Source of the DNA: Ylistrum balloti
Lineage: Eukaryota
NCBI RefSeq assembly: GCF_031769215.1
Contig: NW_026782733.1
Span: 558,001 to 622,000, forward strand
Direction: 5' to 3'
DNA length: 64,000 nt
Below are positions 26,040 through 37,500 of the stretch, one piece after another. The notes below the pieces were generated by a model. That model did no database searches, was not told the origin of the DNA, and saw only the letters and a list, made by a program, of their open reading frames with translations. Numbering within the stretch: the first letter of the stretch is position 1; the number at the start of each line of letters is the position of its first letter. A program made the translations under genes and the position numbers.

Positions 26040-27775
26040 GAGGGAGTAGACTACATAGACATTGGGTAGAGGGATAGGTATAGGTCTGAGGGTGTAGAAT
26101 TACAAGACATTGGGTAGAGGGATAGGTATAGGTCTGAGGGTGTAGAATTACAAGACATTGGGTAGAGGGATAGGTATAGGTCTGAGGGTGTAGAATTACA
26201 AGACATTGGGTAGAGGGATAGGTATAGGTCTGAGGGTGTAGAATTACAAGACATTGGGTAGAGGGATAGGTATAGGTCTGAGGGTGTAGAATTACAAGAC
26301 ATTGGGTAGAGGGATAGGTATAGGTCTGAGGGTGTAGAATTACAAGACATTGGGTAGAGGGATAGGTATAGGTCTGAGGGTGTAGAATTACAAGACATTG
26401 GGTAGAGGGATAGGTATAGGTCTGAGGGTGTAGAATTACAAGACATTGGGTAGAGGGATAGGTTTAGGTCTGAGGGTGTAGAATTACAAGACATTGGGTA
26501 GAGGGATAGGTATAGGTCTGAGGGTGTAGAATTACAAGACATTGGGTAGAGGGATAGGTTTAGGTCTGAGGGTGTAGAATTACAAGACATTGGGTAGAGG
26601 GATGGGTTTAGGTCTGAGGGTGTAGAATTACAAGACATTGGGTATAGAGGTAGGTATAGGTCTGAGGGTGTAGAATTACAAGACATTGGGTAGAGGGATA
26701 GGTATAGGTCTGAGGGTGTAGAATTACAAGACATTGGGTAGAGGGATAGGTATAGGTCTGAGGGTGTAGAATTACAAGACATTGGGTAGAGGGATAGGTT
26801 TAGGTCTGAGGGTGTAGAATTACAAGACATTGGGTAGAGGGATAGGTTTAGGTCTGAGGGTGTAGAATTACAAGACATTGGGTAGAGGGATAGGTATAGG
26901 TCTGAGGGTGTAGAATTACAAGACATTGGGTAGAGGGATAGGTTTAGGTCTGAGGGTGTAGAATTACAAGACATTGGGTATAGAGGATAGGTATAGGTCT
27001 GAGGTGTGTAGAATTACAAGACATACAAGACATTGGGTAGAGGGATAGGTTTAGGTCTGAGGGTGTAGAATTACAAGACATTGGGTAGAGGGATAGGTTT
27101 AGGTCTGAGGGTGTAGAATTACAAGACATTGGGTAGAGGGATAGGTTTAGGTCTGAGGGTGTAGAATTACAAGACATTGGGTAGAGGGATAGGTATAGGT
27201 CTGAGGGTGTAGAATTACAAGACATTGGGTAGAGGGATAGGTTTAGGTCTGAGGGTGTAGAATTACAAGACATTGGGTAGAGGGATAGGTTTAGGTCTGA
27301 GGGTGTAGAATTACAAGACATTGGGTATAGAGATAGGTTTAGGTCTGAGGGTGTAGAATTACAAGACATTGGGTAGAGGGATAGGTTTAGGTCTGAGGGT
27401 GTAGAATTACAAGACATTGGGTAGAATTACAAGACATTGGGTAGAGGGATAGGTTTAGGTCTGAGGGTGGGTATAGGTCTAGGTACAAGACATTGGGTAG
27501 AGGGATGGGTTTAGGTCTGAGGGTGTAGAATTACAAGACATTGGGTATAGAGGTAGGTATAGGTCTGAGGGTGTAGAATTACAAGACATTGGGTAGAGGG
27601 ATAGGTTTAGGTCTGAGGGTGTAGAATTACAAGACATTGGGTATAGAGGTAGGTTTAGGTCTGAGGGTGTAGAATTACAAGACATTGGGTAGAGGGATAG
27701 GTTTAGGTCTGAGGGTGTACAATTACAAGACATTGGGTAGAGGGATGGGTTTAGGTCTGAGGGTGTAGAATTATG
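26040..27775. repeat. Homogeneous 48-bp satellite (ctgagggtgtagaattacaagacattgggtagagggataggtataggt), ~35 copies
   Basis: Direct reading; source of ORFs 26051..26974, 26944..27417 and 27479..27733. Confidence 0.97.
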
Positions 27776-27882
27776 TGACCCACAAGAGAGCTATGTGTTG
27801 GTATGAGCGAGAAGAGTTACATAACCATTGGGTATAAATCAGAGTGTCAGTCTGTGGCAGCAAGACAGCAAAATGTACTTAC

Positions 27883-27995
27883 ATGACTTTCTGGATTGGA
27901 ACTGTACTGAGTATGAGTCTGAGGATGAACGTGATGTCCCGTCAGATATAAGGCACCGTTGTGGTCATGATGATGGTGAATATAACCATGGCAAT
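27883..27995 (-). CDS. Caskin: Caskin His-rich linker exon: (D)CHGYIHHHHDHNGALYLTGHHVHPQTHTQYSSNPESH
   Basis: Acceptor ctccattgtttcag| and donor CAT|gtaagt; 113 nt, phase 1 to 0, bridging exon 35665 (ends phase 1) and exon 10266 (starts phase 0); not shown in the ORF track. Confidence 0.75.
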
Positions 27996-28254
27996 CTGAA
28001 ACAATGGAGTATAAACATCTGTTTTCTGAAACTGATACATCATGTCAATCACAAATACAATCTTATATCAACAACATATCTGAGTACATGGCATCATATT
28101 AATCAATAGTATTGGACTAAGCCTTGACAGCATCTTAAAAGCCTTAATCTGGATGAAATATTGATATGTTCTTATGATTCCTGGTCAATTAGAATGTATA
28201 TAGTAGTAAAAACACATACAGTCCATAAACAGCCATATCAATGAAATATCAAAA

Positions 28255-29060
28255 CATAGTGTTTCATCATTCAACTATAAAAAAATAAACAGTTTCATCA
28301 TTCAAATATCAAGATAAACAGTTACATCATTCAAATATCAAGATAAACAGTTACATCATTCAAATATCAAGATAAACAATTACATCATTCAAATATCAAG
28401 ATAAACAGTTACATCATTCAAATATCAAGATAAACAGTTACATCATTCAAATATCAAGATAAACAGTTACATCATTCAAATATCAAGATAAACAGTTACA
28501 TCATTCAAATATCAAAATAAACAGCTTTGTCGTATAATATCAAGATCAACAGGTACCTAAATCATCCTTGTATCAAAATGTATAGCAGCATAATCAAAAC
28601 CACGAAAATAAACTGCTGCAAATCATCAAGATATCAAAATGAAATGCTACATCCTCAAGATATCAAAATGAAATGCTACATCATCAAGATATCAAAATGA
28701 AACGCTACATCATCAAGATATCAAAATGGAACGCTACATCATCAAGATATCAAAATGGAATGCTACATCATCAAGATATCAAAATGGAACACTACACCAT
28801 CAAGATATCAAAATGAAATGCTACATCATCAAGATATCAAAATGAAATACTACACCATCAAGATATCAAAATGAAATGCTACACCATCAAGATATCAAAA
28901 TGAATTACTACATTATCAAGATATCGAAATGAATTACTTCATTATCAAGATATTAAAATGAATTGCAAAATCATCAAGACATCAAAATGAAATAAATTGC
29001 TACATCATCAAGATATCAAAATGAAATAAATTGCTACATCATCAAGACATCAAAGTAAAT
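28255..29060. repeat. Two related 29-bp minisatellite sub-arrays (acagttacatcattcaaatatcaagataa; aaatgctacatcatcaagatatcaaaatg)
   Basis: Direct reading; separated by ~90 bp of decayed copies. Confidence 0.9.
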
Positions 29061-30149
29061 TGCTATTCCATTGCAATATCAATGGCTACATCATTAATAC
29101 TGAATTACAATACCATTCTAACATCTAAATACAAGAGTATACCATGCCAACCTGTGTAATCGTCGAAGGCATCACATCATGATAATCTCCAAATGTCTTG
29201 ATACATCATGACAACAAACTAAGCTCATCTGTATCTAATGACAACAAATATCAGAAAACTCAGCAAATTGAAACTCCGGAGTAGATTTAAAATCTTCTGG
29301 CTGCAATCAACACTAGTGCTGTGTGACAGGCCTTAACAGGGATAGTGGCACTGGAGCACACCTACCCCATACACTTGGTAATCGATGACGGGCTGATTAC
29401 GATAACTCAATCACCTATTCATAGGAATAGTGTGTACAACTGACACAGTGAAAGCCATCAGTGTAGATGAGGTAGACAGAGGCAGAAGTCTCTAGCTCAC
29501 ATCCTGTAGATGTTTTGTAACTCCACAGTATTACATAGATCTCCCTCAGACTACACACAATACAACCAGGACCAATAACGACAGCCTATCCTAATGTTTT
29601 GCCTATATATATGTATGTATCTCCTGTAGTGTTCAATAAATAACGAGAACAAGTATTAGAAATAGCTCACAGCTATCATCTAGTATAAGTGTGAATAAAG
29701 CCAGAAATTACACAGATTACATTCTAACTAGCCTGTGAATATTAGGAATATATGGATCATATGAAAGTACATAAACCTCCTCCTCTCTCAAGTGTCTGTT
29801 TCCAATTATAGTTGGTGGCTAATGCTACACTCCCAATCACATAAAAATCATCTAAGAATTTTACCTTTTTCATTTTTCACACTTGTATTCCCATACCATC
29901 TGCCATGCCACCTCCCAGATGTTTGAATGTAGTATATGTTATCAAGTCTAAAACATGATCCTCAGGTTGTCTTGTAAGATGCTTTGGCAATTAACTACAA
30001 GGCTGTGCTACCTCAAATGATTGCCTGCTGGTTTATCTAGTACACACAACTTAAACAGCCTTCTAGAAATATCAGCAGTTAAACTACCAACACTTAAGTA
30101 ATGCTTGGTTTTTCTATAAATATGAAACTCTGTGTTTTTTCTAGTAACA

Positions 30150-32240
30150 CAAAAATTTATCGAGTAACTACACAGAACTACCATCACTAGAGAATGTCTG
30201 GTAATTTATCTAGTAACACAGAACTACCATCACTAGAGAATGTCTGGTAATCTATCTAGTAACACAGAACTACCATCACTAGAGAATGTCTGGTAATTTA
30301 TCTTGTAACTACACAGAACTACCATCACTAGAGAATGTCTGGTAATTTATCTAGTAACACAGAACTACATCACTAGAGAATGTCTGGTAATTTATCTAGT
30401 AACACAGAACTACCATCACTAGAGAATGTCTGGTAATTTATCTAGTAACACAGAACTACCATCACTAGAGAATGTCTGGTAATCTATCTAGTAACACAGA
30501 ACTACCATCACTAGAGAATGTCTGGTAATCTATGTAGTAACACAGAACTACCATCACTAGAGAATGTCTGGTAATCTATCTAGTAACACAGAACTACCAT
30601 CACTAGAGAATGTCTGGTAATTTATCTAGTAACACAGAACTACCATCACTAGAGAATGTCTGGTAATTTATCTAGTAACACAGAACTACCATCACTAGAG
30701 AATGTCTGGTAATTTATGTAGTAACACAGAACTACCATCACTAGAGAATGTCTGGTAATCTATGTAGTAACCCAGAACTACATCACTAGAGAATGTCTGG
30801 TAATTTATGTAGTAACCCAGAACTACATCACTAGAGAATGTCAGGTAATTTATGTAGTAACACAGAACTACCATCACTAGAGAATGTCTGGTAATTTATG
30901 TAGTAACAAAGAACTACATCACTAGAGAATGTCAGGTAATTTATGTAGTAACACAGAACTACCATCACTAGAGAATGTCTGGTAATTTATGTAGTAACCC
31001 AGAACTACCATCACTAGAGAATGTCTGGTAATTTATGTAGTAACACAGAACTACCATCACTAGAGAATGTCTGGTAATTTATGTAGTAACACAGAACTAC
31101 CATCACTAGAGAATGTCTGGTAATTTATCTAGTAACACAGAACTACCATCACTAGAGAATGTCTGGTAATTTATGTAGTAACACAGAACTACCATCACTA
31201 GAGAATGTCTGGTATTCTATCTAGTAACACAGAACTACCATCACTAGAGAATGTCTGGTAATTTATCTAGTAACACAGAACTACCATCACTAGAGAATGT
31301 CTGGTAATTTATCTAGTAACACAGAACTACATCACTAGAGAATGTCTGGTAATTTATCTAGTAACACAGAACTACCATCACTAGAGAATGTCTGGTAATT
31401 TATCTTGTAACTACACAGAACTACCATCACTAGAGAATGTCTGGTAATTTATCTAGTAACACAGAACTACCATCACTAGAGAATGCCTGGTAATCTATCT
31501 AGTAACACAGAACTACCATCACTAGAGAATGTCTGGTAATCTATCTAGTAACACAGAACTACCATCACTAGAGAATGTCTGGTAATTTATGTAGTAACAC
31601 AGAACTACCATCACTAGAGAATGTCTGGTAATTTATCTAGTAACACAGAACTACCATCACTAGAGAATGTCTGGTAATTTATCTAGTAACACAGAACTAC
31701 CATCACTAGAGAATGTCTGGTAATCTATCTAGTAACACAGAACTACCATCACTAGAGAATGTCTGGTAATTTATCTAGTAACACAGAACTACCATCACTA
31801 GAGAATGTCTGGTAATTTATGTAGTAACACAGAACTACATCACTAGAGAATGTCTGGTAATTTATGTAGTAACCCAGAACTACATCACTAGAGAATGTCA
31901 GGTAATTTATGTAGTAACACAGAACTACCATCACTAGAGAATGTCTGGTAATTTATGTAGTAACACAGAACTACATCACTAGAGAATGTCAGGTAATTTA
32001 TGTAGTAACACAGAACTACCATCACTAGAGAATGTCTGGTAATTTATGTAGTAACCCAGAACTACCATCACTAGAGAATGTCTGGTAATTTATGTAGTAA
32101 CACAGAACTACCATCACTAGAGAATGTCTGGTAATTTATGTAGTAACACAGAACTACCATCACTAGAGAATGCCTGGTAATTTATCTAGTAACACAGAAC
32201 TACCATCACTAGAGAATGTCTAGTAATTTACGTAGTAACT
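30150..32240. repeat. 46-bp satellite (ctagtaacacagaactaccatcactagagaatgtctggtaatttat), ~45 copies
   Basis: Direct reading. Confidence 0.97.
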
Positions 32241-34119
32241 AAGAGTGTATTGACTGTCTCCAATTATAGGTTATATATGGTGTTTCTTCCTGTACCAGTA
32301 CTGATGTTGACATGTTTAGGATAGAAACATTCACCTGACCAAGGTTTGATCCTGTCATTAACTAACAAAGATAGTCCCATCTCTATCATTATCAAAATTT
32401 TTACCTGTGCGATGTAAACAAAGATCATTCAAGCATGCAGCAATGATACATATTTAACACAGCAACAGACAATTGCTGTAGTGTATTGAAAAGAGCATAT
32501 TGACAACAAAATATATATAAGTGCCCTTTAAGTCTAGCCCAGTTAAACTAATGACAGCCTTGCCTAGAGCGAAAGTCGACCTACATGGTTTATGTACCTG
32601 TGTAACCTTGTCCAGGGAAAGTTTGTTATTCCCAGTAAAACAAGTAGGGGTGGTATTGATTTTCACATTCTAGAGTATACCCAGAGCATGTAGGATACAC
32701 ATATTCCCATCAGACCTTTGTCATACAACACAGTGTACACACTCCACTGAAGCGAAGGTTTCAACTTTCATTTTTGTTGTGATCTGAATTATTTATTTTC
32801 CAACACCAAATGTACTTGATTAATATTCTGTATTCTAGACATGATATCTAGACAAAGAATTGTTAGAAATTATGATGAAAATGTATTTTCACATATAATA
32901 TTATATAGACATTAAATATATTCATTAAATTTAACTACTCTCCTTGCAAACTTTCCTTTAAAAGGAAAGTATTTAATACATATCTATTCATATGGATAAT
33001 GACTGAAATAAAGGGAAGTTTAAATAAATTAATGTAATGACCCTAACCACAAAAATTCATAGCTCTGACAAAACCACAACGATTTTCATATCATAGTTTA
33101 AACTGCAGTATACACATATATGATTTTTATATGGTGATGATTCATACCTTACAGAAACTCCCACACCCTCTTCCAAAACACTTGTCAGCTTAACGTATAA
33201 TATAAAATAATAATATAAAAGTTTTCCATCACCAAATATATTTTGGCTTAAAAATGACACCCTAAATAGATATCATAAAGAAAACAAACTTTGGAAAACC
33301 TATAAAAATAAAACGTAGAAAGGATTTTTAAAAAGTTTCAATGAACGGAAACTATTTTTAAAGCTAATACTATCTTGACAACTTTCGACTCATACGAGAT
33401 GTCAGAGAAATGTAAAGGTATAGATAGTTTCTGACAGTCTTACCACTTACAAAATAATTAAAATTCAAAACCACATACATCAATCTATTTCTGGTCTTTC
33501 AATGGTTCATGGTAACCTACCGATGTTTTTTCCCCCATGATTCTTTTCAAATAGGAGAAATATCCAGAATTTAATTTTCATTTTAAGGTGGGTCGTTTTT
33601 GTCATAGTTCTATAATACCAGGTATTATACACACTCTGCTATCATACCTAGATGAAGTAAAATATTTAAAATACTAAACTTTCACTAAAACCATGAGAAA
33701 TAAGGCACATATCTATAAATAGATATAACATACCAGTATAATATTGAATAATTTTTTTTACGCAAAATTGTGAAAAATCTTAAGTATTTCATGAAGGGAA
33801 TTATGCTAAATCTACACTAATCATCCTCGTATTCATACCGGAAATTCAAAACAAATATCCATACTAGCTCTTCTGAAAATAAATTTAAATTCAGAGTTGT
33901 CTCCCCTATCCTATTTCCACAAAGTGTAAAATCTAAAATACTGCTGAAAATAGAACCACACAATATTATTCCAGACATTACTTACAGACTGGCACAAAAG
34001 GTCATGTCCAGTCTATTGATCAGGGGTACTGCTACATTCATGTTTGTAGCTAACACAAATGGGACAGAATTGATTAATGCCAAGGGGCAGATATATTGCA
34101 CCTTTTTTGGAAGAAATAC

Positions 34120-35700
34120 ACAGACAATGGGTGACAATAAATAAAAACACTTTTTTGGAGAGATATACAGAAACAGGGGGTGAGGGAATAGATACATTAC
34201 TCCTTTGTTTGGAGATGTACAGAGACAAGGGCAGAGAAGGGAGATAGATATTACACTATTGTTGGGAGATATACAGAGACAAGGGGTGAAGAGAAAGATA
34301 TCACACTATTGTTAGGAGATATACAGAGACAAGGGGTATGAAGATAGATATTACACATTTGTTGTGAGATATACAGAGACAAGGCGTGATGACATAGATA
34401 TTTCACTATTGTTGGGAGATATACAGAGACAATGGGTGAAGAGAAAGATATCACACTATTGTTAGGAGATATACAGAGACAAGGGGTATGAAGATAGATA
34501 TTACACTTTTGTTGTGAGATATACAGAGACAAGGCGTGATGACATAGATATTACACTATTGTTGGGAGATATACAGAGAAAAGGGGAGAGGAGATAGATA
34601 TTACACTTTTGTTGGGAGATATACAGAGACAAGGGGTGACGACATAGATATTACACTTTTGTTGGGAGATATACAGAGACAAGGGGTGACGACATAGATA
34701 TTACACTATTGTTGGGAGATATACAGAGACAAGTGGTGACGACATAGATATTACACTATTGTTGGGAGATATACAGAGACAAGTGGTGACGACATAGATA
34801 TTACACTATTGTTGGGAGATATACAAAGACAAGGGATGAGGAGATAGATATTACACTATTGTTGGGAGATATACAGAGACAAGGGGTGAGGAGATAGATA
34901 TTACACTATTGTTAGGAGATATACAGAGACAAGGGGTATTAAGGTAGATATTACACTTTTGTTGTGAGATATACAGAGACAAGGCGTGACGACATAGATA
35001 TTACACTATTGTTGGGAGATATACAGAGACAAGGGGAGAGGAGATAGATATTACACTTTTGTTGGGAGAGGGGTTGAGGGGCAGACAAATGACACCTTTA
35101 ATGGGAGATATATGGAGTCAGGGGATTTGGGGTAGATATTGCACTTTTATTAGGAGATATACAGAGACAGGAAGTGAGGGGGCAGATCAATCACACCTTT
35201 GTTTTGATATATATAGAGACAAGGGAATAGATATATCATAACTTTGTTAGGAGATAAACACAGACAAGCGGCTGAAGAGAAGATAGATCTTGGCCATATA
35301 CACGACAGTGAGTAAGGAGTAGATATACCTGTGTTAGGAGATATACAGAGACAAATAATGATGTAGCATAGATATTATTTATGACTACCTCATTTAGAAA
35401 TATACCGAGACAGGATGTAGGATTGAATTCTTTGCTTGGAGACATACAGAGACAAAGAGTAAGGGGATAAATCAAACCTTTGTTGGGAGACATACAGAGA
35501 CAATGAGAGAGGGAATATATATCATACCTTTATTGGGAGACATACAGAGACAATGATTGAGGGGATATATCATACCTTTGATGGGAGACATACAGAGACA
35601 ATGAGAGAGGGGATATCTTTGTTGGGAGACATACAGAGACATCGAGTGAGGGGATATATCATACCTTTGTTGGGAGACATACAGGGCGCAAGGGGTGAGG
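34120..35700. repeat. ~50-bp minisatellite (ttacactattgttgggagatatacagagacaaggggtgacgacatagata) whose end-most copy overlaps the 3' end of the Caskin exon at 35665
   Basis: Homogeneous core 34230-35070; more diverged copies lead up to and into the exon. Confidence 0.9.
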
Positions 35701-35856
35701 GGGGTGGAGGGAAGGAATCGTCTGCCCCTACACTTCCGTAGTGGTTGACGTCATGGTTTGTGTAATGGTAATTTCCTGGGCTGCGACTAAGAAGATCTGG
35801 AACCTGCTGCATGCTGGGAAGACTAGGTGCTCGTCTGCCTCGTTTCAATGTATGAG
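35665..35856 (-). CDS. Caskin: Caskin linker exon: (A)HTLKRGRRAPSLPSMQQVPDLLSRSPGNYHYTNHDVNHYGSVGADDSFPPPPSPLAPCMSPNK
   Basis: Acceptor ggctacag| and donor AAAG|gtatga; 192 nt, phase 1 to 1, matching the preceding exon; lies within ORF 35570..35866. Confidence 0.8.
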
Positions 35857-36909
35857 CTGTAGCCATTCATAAAATATTGGAGGAAATAAAATTACTGCAT
35901 GCAAACCAAAGATAAAAGATAAATAAAACAGATCTGAATACTTGAATATTATATACATATATAATTCTAGGCCGTATGTTAGTTATATCGTAATGAGGGG
36001 GTAAAAGCATACACTTAATCTATCAATTATAAAGGTTGTTTTTATTTGAGTGCAATGCAAACAATGCTTGTCTCATTAAAGTCGATAAACATATTGGAAA
36101 TTAAAAACTTGATTAAAATTCAATAATAAATATCAAATATATGATAGATGACTTTCAATACAATCTTTTTATCCTCTTCTGTTGATTATTTTGAAAGTTA
36201 AATTTTGTATAATTGAATATGTTTCGAATATCATGAAGATTAAAATGAGAATGTAATTTTAATATTTCATTTATGACTTATAAGAGCATGTTTTACAAAA
36301 ATCCTTTGAAATATTCTAAATAAGTTTTAAGTTTTAGTCCTAATTTTTAAACAAATTCTCAACTTTAGATAGTATTAATATCTCTGTCTAGGCAAAGAAA
36401 TAAACTCAAAACATAAATACAAAAAAATCTAAACAAAAAATAGAAAAAATATGAAAACAATATTTTAAAAGCATGATGCAGTCTTACTACTTAGGTAACA
36501 AAAGGAGATACAAATCGCCAGCTTTCTTACACAATTCTATTTCACCACAATTTCAAACATATCTTAAATACTTGAACATAGTAAGAAATTGTGTTCCAAA
36601 TACTATCACTGTCACTAAATAATGAAATTATCTTTTAATCCAAATTTCTTAATCATATTTTTTTTCTTTGTTTTTTTCAAAAAGAATTGTTACAAATAAT
36701 TTTATCTTATATCTGTTAATTGAAAAAAAAAGACGGGGTGGGGGGAACATTTTTGTGATGAATGTTATATAATTCATCAATACGTCTTAAAACATCAGAC
36801 AGCAAGATCTTGTCAGTTAATGAAAAGCTAAAATTTTCCAAAATATGATTGTGTAAGCTTACTGATTAAATAAGAAAAAGCATATTACAAAGTACATGTA
36901 CTAACATAC

Positions 36910-37021
36910 CTGAACTGTCAATAAGGACAACATTTTCTGGCGGGAAGTATCCCGGCTTAGACATCCTCCGATTATCACTAATCACAACTCCCTTCCATGC
37001 ATTTTCACCCTGTTCTATAAC
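36910..37021 (-). CDS. Caskin: Caskin exon, C-terminal half of SH3: VIEQGENAWKGVVISDNRRMSKPGYFPPENVVLIDSS
   Basis: Acceptor tatttacag| and donor TTCAG|gtatgt; 112 nt, phase 0 to 1; contains the SH3 hallmarks WKG and GYFP. Confidence 0.9.
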
Positions 37022-37149
37022 CTGTAAATAGAGAAAACATCACATATTACATTAACAATTTATAATAGATTCACAACTGAAAATTTAAATGGATATAGGA
37101 TGTTACTATATATACAAAAAACAAATGTTCAAGATATGCTGGTACCATA

Positions 37150-37500
37150 GCAACTTTCTTGCTCGAGGAATTCTGATCAATTTTACTAGACGTATTTTAA
37201 CTGACCATAATATCTGGAAAAAGTTTGAGTTTCAGAGTTGTAGGATAAGGTTAATGTCACTGTAAGTTTTTTTTTTTTTTTTTGAGAAAGTTCTTGTCAG
37301 CACTGTAGTGCTTGTTTACATGAAGGATTTGGATCAATCTTTCATCTTATAAGGGATCATAATAATGTTTCAGATGAGGTCAAATTTCAAAGTTGTAGGG
37401 TCCAGGTCAAGGTCATGAATCTTTTTCTAGATAAAATCCTTGCCAGTGCTGTATTTGATTCATTCCTTGACAGATTTTGGTCAAACTTCATACACTTTTA
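37150..37500. mobile_element. Decayed dispersed-repeat fragment with a ~150-bp internal tandem core (ggtcaaggtca family)
   Basis: gatcaa/ggtcaa anchors at 37175, 37332 and 37480; agttgtagg..aggt.a..gtca recurs; architecture resembles mollusc pearl/HINE-like elements. Confidence 0.4.

Noticed and set aside
26051-27733. Long ORFs of (MSCNSTPSDLYLSLYP)n
   Set aside because: They are a by-product of a 48-bp period with no stop in one frame. There are no splice sites or domain features.
27828-28109. Plus-strand 93-aa ORF
   Set aside because: It is the antisense shadow of the minus-strand His-rich exon.
33985-34048. 64-nt exon candidate with donor TCT|gtaagt at the far end of the 50-bp array
   Set aside because: It is phase 1 to 2 and runs into a stop in the next exon.
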